64,000 nt of DNA. Source: Gemmatimonadota bacterium. Its GTDB lineage: Bacteria > Gemmatimonadota > Gemmatimonadetes > Longimicrobiales > Gaopeijiaceae. The first letter of the stretch is position 1. The number at the start of each line of letters is the position of its first letter. Under the pieces are notes generated by a model. That model worked only from the letters and a program-made list of their open reading frames with translations, was not told the origin of the DNA and did no database searches. Where the stretch lies: assembly GCA_039589315.1 (NCBI GenBank), contig JBDHHQ010000007.1, forward strand, positions 32,001-96,000, given 5' to 3'. A program made the translations under genes and the position numbers. Below, piece by piece: positions 40,023 to 49,952 of this stretch.

Positions 40023-40398
40023 CCTCGGCCGCGGTACACCGCCTGCCTCGATCGGAGTCGTGGTCCAGCCCACGGGCGCCGCTTTGGCCTCCACGGCGCC
40101 TGCCGCCCGGCTGGGTGCATTTCCCGACTTGGCGCGACGCCCGCGCTGATCACGTCCGGCTTCCACCAGCCCACCTTTCCGAAGATTGCAGACCTGACAA
40201 CGCGTAGCGGGGCATGATAGCGTCACCGCCGGTGTCGGACGAGATCCTCCTGGCCCTTCGGCGGGCATGTCGCTCATGCCATGCACGGGGACTCAACGAG
40301 CCATGAGGGAGCCCCGCCTCTTGTCCGACCTCTCCCGGAGCGGGAGGTTAGGGCGGTTCCGTCACTGTCCACGCCGCTCTGCGTTGGGGCCGACCAGC

Positions 40399-41577
40399 AT
40401 GCATCCAATCAGGAACGCCGTCGTTGCCGTTGTCGTCGCGATCCTGGGAGGCGCGGGCGTGGATGCCGTTGCCCAGGAGCCGCCGGATAGCGGTGCGTTC
40501 GTCACGCGGTTGGGCGAAGACACGATCGCCGTCGAGCGCTGGGTGCGAAGCCCGGAGAAGATGGAGGCCGAGGTCGTACTCCGCGTGCCTCGGACCACCT
40601 TTCGCGCCTACCTGATCGAGTTGAACGACCAGGGCGGCCTCGCCCACTACGATGCGACGATCTGGGAGGGCACGCGAGGAGCGGGCGAGCCCATCGAGAG
40701 GTATGTTGCCGATTCCGACGGGAGGAACCTGGCGTTTCGCATCGCTCGTGGTGAGGAGGCCCAGAACGAGGTGATGGACGTGGAGAGCACCGTCCTCCCG
40801 TTCATAGACATGGTCCATTGGCCGTTCGAGCTCATGCTCATGCGAGCCCACGCCGCGGACCAGGAGCTCGTGACCCAACCGCTGTTCTCCGGGGCCCGAA
40901 CATTCTCGTTCGAGCTCGCTGTCGTCGGGCCCAACCAGATGGCGGTGACTCATCCGACTCGCGGGACCATGAACGTCACGGTGGACGACCAGGGCCGGAT
41001 GACCCTCCTGGACGCTTCGGAGACCACGCGGAAGCTGGCCGTCACCCGGGAGCCATGGGTGGACGTCGACGCGTTCGCCCAGCGGTCCGCCGCCGAGGAC
41101 CGCGAGGGCCGAGCCTTCGGGTCCCTCTCCGGTCGTGGAGAGGCGCTGGCGGAGGTCGGCGGCGCAACGGTCCGGATCGACTTCGGCACGCCGTCCAGGC
41201 GAGGCCGGGAGATCTTCGGGGCGCTCGTGCCGTACGGCCGGGTCTGGCGGACCGGAGCGAACCTGGCCACCCACCTGGAGACGAACCGGGACCTGTTGCT
41301 CGCGGACGAGCTCGAGGTGCCAGCGGGGACCTACACGCTCTACACGATCCCCGAGGAGGACGGGGGCGTGCTGATCGTGAGCACCCGCACGGGCCAGGGC
41401 GGAGCCGTGTATCCGGAGGACGAGGACCTGGGGCGGGTGCCGCTCACCCGATCGACGTTGGACGAAAGCGTCGAGCGGTTCACCGTCGAGCTGGAGGAGA
41501 CAGCGACCGGCGGCATCATCCATCTGATGTGGGACAGGACCGTCTATTCGGCGCCGTTCACGGTGGCCGGAGGCTGA
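40399..41577 (+). CDS. Secreted DUF2911 domain protein with an N-terminal extension
   Basis: C-terminal PSRRGREIFGALVPYGRVWRTGAN and VPAGTYTLYTIP. Confidence 0.85.
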   Translation: MHPIRNAVVAVVVAILGGAGVDAVAQEPPDSGAFVTRLGEDTIAVERWVRSPEKMEAEVVLRVPRTTFRAYLIELNDQGGLAHYDATIWEGTRGAGEPIERYVADSDGRNLAFRIARGEEAQNEVMDVESTVLPFIDMVHWPFELMLMRAHAADQELVTQPLFSGARTFSFELAVVGPNQMAVTHPTRGTMNVTVDDQGRMTLLDASETTRKLAVTREPWVDVDAFAQRSAAEDREGRAFGSLSGRGEALAEVGGATVRIDFGTPSRRGREIFGALVPYGRVWRTGANLATHLETNRDLLLADELEVPAGTYTLYTIPEEDGGVLIVSTRTGQGGAVYPEDEDLGRVPLTRSTLDESVERFTVELEETATGGIIHLMWDRTVYSAPFTVAGG

Positions 41578-41610
41578 CAGTGAACCGACTCGCTGGCTGA
41601 AAGGCGCATC

Positions 41611-41997
41611 ATGGAGGTCATGCGACACGCCGGACGCCCGACCGAACCGGCCGACGAACGACACTTCGAGGGCGTGGCTACGCTGATGCGGTTCCTGGCC
41701 GAGGATCGATCCGCGCCAGGACGCGTCTACCGGGTCTCTTTCGCGACGGGCGCGCGCACCCACTGGCACACACACAACGGGGTGCAGCTGCTCCTGGTCG
41801 TCGAAGGGCGATGCCGGGTCCAGGCTTGGGGAGGCCCGACGATCGTCGCGGATGCCGGCGACGTGGTGAGGATCGAGTCCGGGGAAAAGCACTGGCACGG
41901 CGCGACGACAGACGGCGGGACGGTGCATCTGGCCGTGAACCTCGGCACCCGTACGGACTGGCTCGATCCGGTCGAGCCTGCGGAGGAGAACAGATGA
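41611..41997 (+). CDS. Cupin domain protein
   Basis: GARTHWHTH...QLL and GDVVRIESGEKHWHGA. Confidence 0.9.
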   Translation: MEVMRHAGRPTEPADERHFEGVATLMRFLAEDRSAPGRVYRVSFATGARTHWHTHNGVQLLLVVEGRCRVQAWGGPTIVADAGDVVRIESGEKHWHGATTDGGTVHLAVNLGTRTDWLDPVEPAEENR

Positions 41998-43465
41998 AGA
42001 AGCTGTTCGGAGTCGCGGTCCTGCTCCTCGTCGTCCTATTGGCCGTGGTCCTGGTGAGGGCTGCGCGCTTGCCTTCTCTCCAGATGACCGGCGTGGAGCC
42101 GGTGAGCGTCCAGATGGACGGACGAGCCGCCGCCGAGAGGTTCGCCGGAGCGCTGACTTTCGCGACCATCTCTCCCCAGGATCCAGCGGACCGCGACTCG
42201 GCGGCCTTCCTGGCCCTCCACGACTACTTCCAGGAGACCTACCCGCTCGTGCACCAGCGCCTCCACCGGGAGACCGTGTCGGAGCTCAGCCTGCTCTACA
42301 CGTGGGAGGGCTCGGACCCGGACCTGGAGCCCATCGTGCTCATGGGGCACCTGGACGTGGTCCCCGTGATCCCGGGAACCGAGGACGATTGGACCCATCC
42401 GCCGTTCGGCGGCGTCATCGCGGATGGCTATGTCTGGGGCCGAGGGGCAATCGACGACAAGGCGAGCGTGGTGTCGGTCCTCGAAGCGGTCGAGGGGTTG
42501 CTGGCGCAGGGACATCGCCCCGCTCGCACCTTCTACCTCGCATTCGGCCACGACGAGGAGGTGGGCGGCCCCGACGGCGCTGGGGAGATCGCAGAGCTCC
42601 TGGAGGCGCGCGGCGTGGCCGACGTGGCCTTCGTCCTGGATGAAGGCGGGGCGATCGCGGACGGCCTGGTCCCGGGAATCGAGGGGCCGGCCGCCATCGT
42701 GGGAATCGGCGAGAAGGGATTCTTGAGCCTCGAGCTCAGCGTCGCAGGCGCGGGAGGTCATTCCTCCATGCCCCCGCCGTCGACGAATGTCGGCGTTCTG
42801 GCCCGGGCCGTAGCCCGATTGGAGCAGGACCCGTTTCCACTTCGCTTGACGGACCCGGTCGCTCAGCAGTTCGCCTACCTGGGGCCGGAGATGGGCTTCG
42901 GTGCCCGGGCTCTGATCTCCAACCTCTGGCTCTTGAAGCCCGTCTTTCTGCGGCTCATGTCACGGAGCCCCCAGGGGGCGGCCATGCTTCGCACCACCAC
43001 GGCGGCCACCATGTTCGACGCGGGGGTGAAGGACAACGTCCTGCCCATCTCGGCCACGGCGATGGTCAACTTCCGCATCCTGCCGGGGGAAACCGTCGAG
43101 TCCGTGACCGGGCGCGTCCGAGAGGTCATCGACGACGACCGGGTGCAGATCCGCGATGTGTCCTCGTCCCGGGATCCCTCGCCTGTCTCCGATCCCACGG
43201 GCCCGCCTACTCGCTGCTCGAGCGCACGATCCGCGAGACGGCTGGCGTGCCCGACCTGATCGTGGCTCCGTATCTGGTCATGGGCGGCACGGACGCCAAG
43301 TACTACTCCGGCCGCTCGCGCAACGTCTTCCGCTTCCTGCCGGCTCGCCTGGGCGAGGGAGACATGGACCGGTTTCACGGAACCGACGAGCGGCTTTCCG
43401 TGGAGAGCCTGGCCGGAAGCATCGCGTTCTTCCAACGGCTGATCCGCAGCTCGGACGAACTGTAG
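41994..43465 (+). pseudogene. M20 peptidase (carboxypeptidase S/PM20D1-like) with a single-base frameshift
   Basis: GHLDVVP, GRGAIDDK, GHDEE, DEGG and GGHSS; frame changes near 43205, after which YSLLERTI...GGTDAK...RFHGTDER continues. Confidence 0.85.
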
Positions 43466-43503
43466 GCTCGCCAGCGTCAACCGCTAGGAAGGCCCGCTCG
43501 ATC

Positions 43504-44442
43504 ATGCGACGAAAGCCCCGGCTCAATCGTGGCTGGTGGGGTGCGTGGGGGTTCGCAGTGACGCTCCTCGTCGGTGCCACCATGATGGTGGGCGTGTTCT
43601 CATGCACATCCTCGTCCCCCGACCCCTCGGTCTCGGGCCACGCCGACCCGCTCTCGCTTCCCTCTCTCTGGAGCGCGGCCTACCGGGTCGACGCGCTGGG
43701 CGACACCGCGGTCCGCCTCGTGGACGGGTCCGTCGAGGATACCCGACCCGACGGAGGCGTCCGGTTCAGGGCTCGGCTGCGGACCGTCCACGCCCGGGGC
43801 GACCTCGATGCCGACGGGAAGGAAGAGGCGGCCGTCGTCTTGGAGAGCGAAACCGGCGGGAGCGGGGTCTTCGTCGACCTGGTCGTGTTTACCGCTGACG
43901 GATCGGGTCCCCGGCAGCTCGAGGCGCGGTTCCTCGGCGACCGGGTGCAGGTGGAGTCCCTGTCCCTGGAGAACGGGAGCGTCATCGTCGTCCTGCTCAC
44001 CCACGACGACGAAGACCCGCTGTGTTGTCCGACTCGGAGCGTCGTCCGCCGGTTCGTGTGGGAGGCGGACACCCTGGAGGAGACCGAGCTTCCGTACCGG
44101 GAGCTGGATCTGTCCGATGCCACGGCCGAGGTTCGGCGCGCCGCGGAACGGGGCGAGGCGTGGGTGTCCGACCCGCTCCAGGTCGCGCTGCGCACGGTGC
44201 GGCCGCCGGGCGGCGGTAGTGGGGATATCGCGCGGCGGTCGGCCGCCGGCGAGCTGCCCCGCCGCGTCGAGCTCGTCATCGTGGAGCGTGGCCTCCTCGA
44301 CGATTCCACGCGGAGCCGCCGAGTCGAGATCACGGTGGAGAAGGATCCGGCGGGCCTGTGGCTCCCGACCCGAGCCCGTACGGCGTGGTCGTGTTGGCCG
44401 GGCCGCGGTCACGGCTACTTCGCGGCCACGCCTTGTTCCTGA
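43504..44442 (+). CDS. Hypothetical lipoprotein (LppP/LprE-like domain plus a second small domain)
   Basis: Lipobox VFS-C; GDLDADGKEE, TGGSG, LGDRV and DPLCCPT; C-terminal WSCWPGRGH...PC. Confidence 0.65.
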   Translation: MRRKPRLNRGWWGAWGFAVTLLVGATMMVGVFSCTSSSPDPSVSGHADPLSLPSLWSAAYRVDALGDTAVRLVDGSVEDTRPDGGVRFRARLRTVHARGDLDADGKEEAAVVLESETGGSGVFVDLVVFTADGSGPRQLEARFLGDRVQVESLSLENGSVIVVLLTHDDEDPLCCPTRSVVRRFVWEADTLEETELPYRELDLSDATAEVRRAAERGEAWVSDPLQVALRTVRPPGGGSGDIARRSAAGELPRRVELVIVERGLLDDSTRSRRVEITVEKDPAGLWLPTRARTAWSCWPGRGHGYFAATPCS

Positions 44443-44563
44443 TGCGTCCCCCGGTGACCTTGCCAGGCGCTCGGAGGCCGCTGGCAACCGACTCCACGGA
44501 CACCCCGGGCAGGAACGAGTCCGCACGACCGCACGAGAGATCAACGGTGGGAGAGCACGTCAC

Positions 44564-46246
44564 ATGATCCGCCGAATGTCCCCATTCATTGGCGCCCTCG
44601 GCGCCAGCCTGGTAGTCCTGGCCGCGGGCTTCGACCCGGGAGACGCCCAGGAGGCGGACGCGGTGCGAGAGGTGATCCGCCGGCAAGTCGAACAGATTCG
44701 GTCGGGCGGGGGCCTGGCCATCGGCGATGCTCCCGTGGCCTCGCGCATCGTGCTGCCTCAGCTCTACGAGCAACGGGACTTCCGGCCCGCGTGGACCCGG
44801 GCGAGCGCCCGCCAGGACATGTTCAGGGCCATCGACGACGCCTACCTGGACGGGCTGGACCCCGACGACTATCACCGGGCAAAGCTGCTGGCGCTTCAGG
44901 AGGAGATCGTCTCGGGGGACGCCGGCGCCGAGGCTCGCGCCGACTTCGACATGCTCCTCACGGACGCGCTGGTCCGGCTGGGGTACCACATCCTGTTCGG
45001 AAAGGTGGACCCGGAGCGGCTCGACCCCAACTGGAACCTCGCCGGTGAGCTGGGGCACCTCGACCCGGTGGGGGTGATCCAGGAGGCCATCGACTCCGGG
45101 CGTCTCTACGACGTGGTCGATAGCTACAAGCCCCAGGACCCGTTCTACGTCCAACTCAGGGAGGCATTGGCCACTTATCGGGTCCAGGCAGCGAAGGGCG
45201 GTTGGGAGCCGGTGCCGGAGATCCGGCGCCTCGAGCTGGACAGCGTCGACACGAGAGTGCCGGCCCTCCGTCGGAGACTGGCGGTCACCGGTGACCTGCC
45301 CGAGGACGCGTCCCCGTCCTCAGAGGCGTTCGACGAGGACGTGGAGGAAGCGGTCCGCCGATTCCAGCGGCGGCACGGACTGATCGACGACGGCATCGTA
45401 GGCCGGAACACGGTCGCGGCCATGAACGTGACGGCGGCGGAGCGCGTCGATCAAATCCGCGTCAACCTCGAGCGCAGCCGTTGGATCCTGCGGGAGTTGG
45501 AGGACGACTTCGTCCTGGTCAACATCGCGGGCTTCCAGGTCTACGTCGTCCAGGACCGGGAACCGCTGTGGTCGTCTCGGGTGGTCGTGGGGACCACGTA
45601 CCACAAGAGTCCGGTCTTCAAGGCCGACATGAAGTACCTGGTGTTCAACCCGACCTGGACCGTGCCCCCGGGCATCATCCGCAACGAGATTCTGCCGCGC
45701 CTCAAGCAGGATCCGGGATACCTGGCGGCAAACCACATGACGCTGCTGGATCGCGCAGGGGTCGTTGTCGATCCGAGCACCGTGGACTTCTCGCGGTACA
45801 CCGGGTCGAACTTCCCCTACGTGGTGCGGCAGGAGCCAGGGCCGTGGAATGCCCTCGGTGAGGTGAAGTTCATCTTCCCGAACGAGCACTTCGTCTTCCT
45901 TCACGACACGCCGAGCCGGAGCCTCTTCGGGCGTGAGGTGCGGGCGTTCAGCCACGGCTGCATACGCGTGGAGAATCCCCTCGACCTGGCGGCGGTCCTG
46001 CTCCGGGACAAGGAGGGGTGGGACGATGCGAGGATCGACGCTACGCTGGCGTCCGACGAGATCACGACCGTCTATCTCGACGACCCTCTACCGGTCCTGA
46101 TCCTGTACTGGACGGCGTGGGTCAGCCCGGAGGGCCAGCTCACCTTCTACTCGGACGTGTACGACCGCGACGGCGACGTCCTGGCCGGTCTCGAGCAGGA
46201 CTTCGAGTTCCGGACTCGGCCGGTGTTGGGCGAAGGTGGCCCGTAA
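44564..46246 (+). CDS. L,D-transpeptidase (YcbB/LdtD-like)
   Basis: Scaffold domain, PG-binding AVRRFQRRHGL, FNPTW, NALG, LHDTP and FSHGCIRV. Confidence 0.93.
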   Translation: MIRRMSPFIGALGASLVVLAAGFDPGDAQEADAVREVIRRQVEQIRSGGGLAIGDAPVASRIVLPQLYEQRDFRPAWTRASARQDMFRAIDDAYLDGLDPDDYHRAKLLALQEEIVSGDAGAEARADFDMLLTDALVRLGYHILFGKVDPERLDPNWNLAGELGHLDPVGVIQEAIDSGRLYDVVDSYKPQDPFYVQLREALATYRVQAAKGGWEPVPEIRRLELDSVDTRVPALRRRLAVTGDLPEDASPSSEAFDEDVEEAVRRFQRRHGLIDDGIVGRNTVAAMNVTAAERVDQIRVNLERSRWILRELEDDFVLVNIAGFQVYVVQDREPLWSSRVVVGTTYHKSPVFKADMKYLVFNPTWTVPPGIIRNEILPRLKQDPGYLAANHMTLLDRAGVVVDPSTVDFSRYTGSNFPYVVRQEPGPWNALGEVKFIFPNEHFVFLHDTPSRSLFGREVRAFSHGCIRVENPLDLAAVLLRDKEGWDDARIDATLASDEITTVYLDDPLPVLILYWTAWVSPEGQLTFYSDVYDRDGDVLAGLEQDFEFRTRPVLGEGGP

Positions 46247-46390
46247 GTCGAGGGGAACACGCTCCCGACAATCCAAGTATAGCTGCCCACAACGGAGTTG
46301 GGGCGCGGGGCCGCAGGCTCGCGTCCCGGCCTGACCAGGCCCGGCACGATCGGGGCTCGGATGACCGCACCAGATAGAGAGTAGGCGCAC

Positions 46391-47449
46391 GTGGTAGGAA
46401 GGACGAACACCCGGAGAGTCCGGGCAGGCTCTCGCGTCGCCGGCCCGGTGGCGGCACTCCTAGCCGCGACGATGGCACTGGCCCTGACAGCCCACCGTGC
46501 CTCGGCTTCACCGCTCGCTCCAACGGTGGAGCGTGACCCGTCCCTCGAGCCCGCACGGGCGGGATTCCTCGACGCGGATGCCTACAGCCCGGAGCTCGCC
46601 GGCTTCGGTCTCGTGGTGGATGGTCACCCGGTCATGTACAGGGTCTTCGCCGTGACCTCGCTGCCAGGCGACGCCGTCCGACTTCGCCTCGACGGTCCCG
46701 CGGCGGGAGCCACGTACCGCCTCCGCTACGGTCAGGGGCAGGCGTGGACTGCGTCCTCCGAGGAGTGGGAGTGGCTGGCTCCGGACGAGCCCGGTGTCTA
46801 CCCGATCCGGGTCGAAGACGGCGACGGCGACTTCGTGCACCTGAACGTGCTGGTGATGCACGATTGGTCCCACATCGCCGATGGCTCACTCCACGGCTAT
46901 GCCATCGGCTCGTACCGCAGCGAGCCGCTTGGGGGCGATCCCGTGTACTTGCCCCCCGAGGGGTTCGTGGAGGCCACGGCTTTGGACGTCCTGGTGTCCC
47001 CGCACTTCACGCTCGGCCAGTTTCTCTGCAAGCAGCCGGGTGAGCGGCGTTTCCTGGCGCTGAGCGTGCCCCTGGTCAACAAGCTGGAAGCTCTGCTCCA
47101 GGCCGTGAACGAAGCGGGGATCGAGACTTCGTCGTTCCACGTCATGTCGGGTTTCCGCACGCCGGCTTACAATGCGGCCATCGGCAACAAGACGGTCTAC
47201 AGCCGTCACCTGTGGGGAGATGCCGCAGACATCTACGTGGACGTGGACGGGGACCGTCAGATGGACGACCTCAACGGCGATGGCCGGTCCGATGTGGAGG
47301 ACGCCAGGGTCCTGTACGGGCTCGCCGAGGGCCTGGAGCTGGCCGAGGCCCCCACCGTGTCGGACGGTGGGCTGGGCCTGTACAGGCGAAATGCGGCGCA
47401 TGGCCCCTTCGTACACGTCGACGCCCGGGGGCACAGCGCCCGCTGGTAG
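46391..47449 (+). CDS. Secreted peptidase M15A (Zn D-Ala-D-Ala/LAS-type)
   Basis: SPHFTL, SGFRTPAYN, SRHLWGDAADI and FVHVDARG. Confidence 0.85.
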   Translation: MVGRTNTRRVRAGSRVAGPVAALLAATMALALTAHRASASPLAPTVERDPSLEPARAGFLDADAYSPELAGFGLVVDGHPVMYRVFAVTSLPGDAVRLRLDGPAAGATYRLRYGQGQAWTASSEEWEWLAPDEPGVYPIRVEDGDGDFVHLNVLVMHDWSHIADGSLHGYAIGSYRSEPLGGDPVYLPPEGFVEATALDVLVSPHFTLGQFLCKQPGERRFLALSVPLVNKLEALLQAVNEAGIETSSFHVMSGFRTPAYNAAIGNKTVYSRHLWGDAADIYVDVDGDRQMDDLNGDGRSDVEDARVLYGLAEGLELAEAPTVSDGGLGLYRRNAAHGPFVHVDARGHSARW

Positions 47450-48701
47450 AGACGCTCCGCAGGGGCTCGTCCGAAGAGCCCTGAGGCGGGTCGCACCCCT
47501 GGCGGCGCTCCTGGGGGGAACGACCCTTGCCCCCTCCACGGCCCAGGGCCAGCTGCCGGACTGGGCGTTCGACGACGCATACGACTCCGACCTCGTCTTC
47601 ATCCACCCCCTGGCCAACTACAGCCTGAGCCCGCACTGGATCCGTGAGTGGGAGCGGAACCTGGCGAGCCGAAGCAGCGGCCGCACCACCGTCGGGAGCG
47701 TCAACCAGAAGACGGTCTTCAACGACACGCGCGTCCGGATCGACGAGTCTCTGGGTGACAGTCCGTTCCGCTTCCTGTACTCGCTTCGCTGGCTCGGCGG
47801 TGAGCACGTCGACCGGGAGATCCTCCAGCAATTCGTAGGCTTAGAGCTATCCGTCACGGACCTGCTGGGCTTCCACGCGTTGGTGCACCCGACGCCGGAC
47901 AAGGGGGACGTGGACGCGTCGTTCGGCCTCATCGTGGCGGACGCCAGCAGGGAGCGGTTCCTGCGGGCGTCACTCCGCCTGGACGATCTGTTGTACGGAG
48001 ATCGGAATCGGGAGGGCGGAGAGTCCGTGCAGGAGGCAATCTCCGTCCAATGGGAGGGGCGCTACGCCGGGGGACGGTGGGAGCTCTTCACCGAGGGGCT
48101 GTACGGCCGGCCGTCCGAGCGCATGTTTCCGGATACGGTGTCATCGCCTGACGTCGTGGCCCGAACCGACCGGACGAACGGCTCCAGTACTCGCCTCCGT
48201 TGGCTCAGCGGCGAGACGTCCTTCCTGGAGATCGCCCTCGACCATTACAGCTTCGAGGACAGGCAGGCGTGGCGGGACCCGCTCGCCAGCTACACCTACG
48301 AGAACCGGGTCACCGACCTCCTCATCCGTTACGCGTTCCCGCTGGGGCAGGGCCGCTGGCGTGCCTGGCCTGGTGTCCACTGGCTGACCCAGGACGCAGA
48401 CGCCACCGGGCGGGAGGAGCAGGACTTCCGGCGCACCGACGTGATGCCCGCCGTCTTCGTCGAGTACCTGGCTTCGGGCGCCAACTCGTTCGAGCTCGGC
48501 TACATGGGCAGCGCGTCGACTCGAACCCTCCAGTCCGCCGATCCGGAGCAGTCGTTCGACCGGACCGCGTGGGCCGACAAGGTCAAGCTCGGGTGGACGC
48601 ACCGGTTCTCACCGTCGGCGCAGATCCAGTTCTCCCTGAGCCACGAAGTGGCACCTGACCGTTTCGGTGGGGCAAACGTGCAGTTCCTGGCGTTCTTCTA
48701 G
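47400..48701 (+). CDS. Hypothetical outer-membrane beta-barrel protein
   Basis: Signal-like segment ending AQGQ, many amphipathic strands, terminal QFLAFF; start uncertain (ATG 47400 or CTG 47481). Confidence 0.65.
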   Translation: MAPSYTSTPGGTAPAGRDAPQGLVRRALRRVAPLAALLGGTTLAPSTAQGQLPDWAFDDAYDSDLVFIHPLANYSLSPHWIREWERNLASRSSGRTTVGSVNQKTVFNDTRVRIDESLGDSPFRFLYSLRWLGGEHVDREILQQFVGLELSVTDLLGFHALVHPTPDKGDVDASFGLIVADASRERFLRASLRLDDLLYGDRNREGGESVQEAISVQWEGRYAGGRWELFTEGLYGRPSERMFPDTVSSPDVVARTDRTNGSSTRLRWLSGETSFLEIALDHYSFEDRQAWRDPLASYTYENRVTDLLIRYAFPLGQGRWRAWPGVHWLTQDADATGREEQDFRRTDVMPAVFVEYLASGANSFELGYMGSASTRTLQSADPEQSFDRTAWADKVKLGWTHRFSPSAQIQFSLSHEVAPDRFGGANVQFLAFF

Positions 48702-48751
48702 CGAGACGCCCGATGGCCCAGGCGCACCGCCTCGTAGGGGTGCTCCGACCT

Positions 48752-49246
48752 CTATCGGAGTCGCTTCAAGACCCCATTGCCCAACGCCATCAGCGCGTCG
48801 AACCCGTCGTCCCCCAGGAGCTCCCGGGCCCGCTGTTGGGCACGGCGCCACGCGGGCAGCGCACCTTCGAGCACCCCGGTACCTGCTTCCGTGACCAGCA
48901 GGTAATGGCTCCGGGCATCCTCGCTGGGCTCCGTCGTCAGCCAGCCGTGATCGCACATCCTCCGGACAGTGCGACTCACCGTGGAGCCGTCCATCAGCAG
49001 GCAGTGCTCCAGGGCCGATTGGGTAATCCGTCCGTGAGCCGCTACGACGCCCAGCAAGGTGAGTTGGCCGGTCCGAATCCCCACGTCCCGAAGCTCGTCG
49101 TCATACACGCACGTCACGGCCCGACTCAGCATACGGATTCGGCTGGATGCGCAGCCCCGGGAGATCTCCCGGGCAGTCTCGGACGGCGGGTTGGGGTCGG
49201 CCACGTCCGTGACGGCGACGGGGGACCGGGGGTCGTGATCGGCCAT
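48752..49246 (-). CDS. MarR family transcriptional regulator
   Basis: CASSRIRMLSRAVTCVYDDEL, MDGSTVSR and DARS..L.VTEAG. Confidence 0.88.
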   Translation of the reverse strand: MADHDPRSPVAVTDVADPNPPSETAREISRGCASSRIRMLSRAVTCVYDDELRDVGIRTGQLTLLGVVAAHGRITQSALEHCLLMDGSTVSRTVRRMCDHGWLTTEPSEDARSHYLLVTEAGTGVLEGALPAWRRAQQRARELLGDDGFDALMALGNGVLKRLR

Positions 49247-49438
49247 GTCGCTCAAAGGATGACGGTGCGGTTCATGTGATATCCGGCCTGCGAGGTGGTA
49301 TGGCGACGAGCGTATACACACGTGTCGCCCGGATGTGGCATCCGGCGGGAGCGTGGTGCCGCTGAGCCGGTGAGAAGGCGGATCGCAGACCGATGCTCGC
49401 AGCCTGGAGAGCCGGAGCCGGGGGATCGAGCCACGCGA

Positions 49439-49915
49439 TCAGAGCACGACCCGTGTGACCTCGCCAGGCCGGACCTCGACCTGCCGGGTCACCATGCCCG
49501 ACGGCGGCGGTCGCGTCGGTGGCTCGGCCGCGCCGTCCTCGGGGTCTCGCACCGGCTCGAGGCGGGGTAGTCCCGTCACGGTCCAGGTTCGCGGGGTGCA
49601 CTCCTCCTTGTATCGTACCGATCTGCCGGGCTGCACGATGCCGAGGTCGTAGGTGCTGCGAGTGTGGATCGTGACGCCCATGGGCACGCCGCTCTGGTTC
49701 ACGATCTCGACTGCACATTCGTTCTCGGCCGGGGGGCCGCCACCGGTCGGCGGCCGGTCGAGGTCGGGGAGGGCCGAGCAGGCCAGGGAGATCGTGCCCA
49801 GCAGCAGGGCGATGCCCGTGCCCAGGCTCCGGGCTCGGAATGTGCGACCCGCACCCAGCCGGGGATAGCGGCCCTGCGCGCAAGCGCGAGATCCCTTAGC
49901 TTTTCCGGGATTCAC
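49439..49915 (-). CDS. Small hypothetical lipoprotein
   Basis: Hydrophobic stretch with SLA-C lipobox followed by a beta-rich domain (VEIVNQS, LGIVQPG); start codon unclear. Confidence 0.5.
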   Translation of the reverse strand: MNPGKAKGSRACAQGRYPRLGAGRTFRARSLGTGIALLLGTISLACSALPDLDRPPTGGGPPAENECAVEIVNQSGVPMGVTIHTRSTYDLGIVQPGRSVRYKEECTPRTWTVTGLPRLEPVRDPEDGAAEPPTRPPPSGMVTRQVEVRPGEVTRVVL

Positions 49916-49952
49916 GCCATTCACCCGACTCAACAATCGAAGGAGCGTAGCG

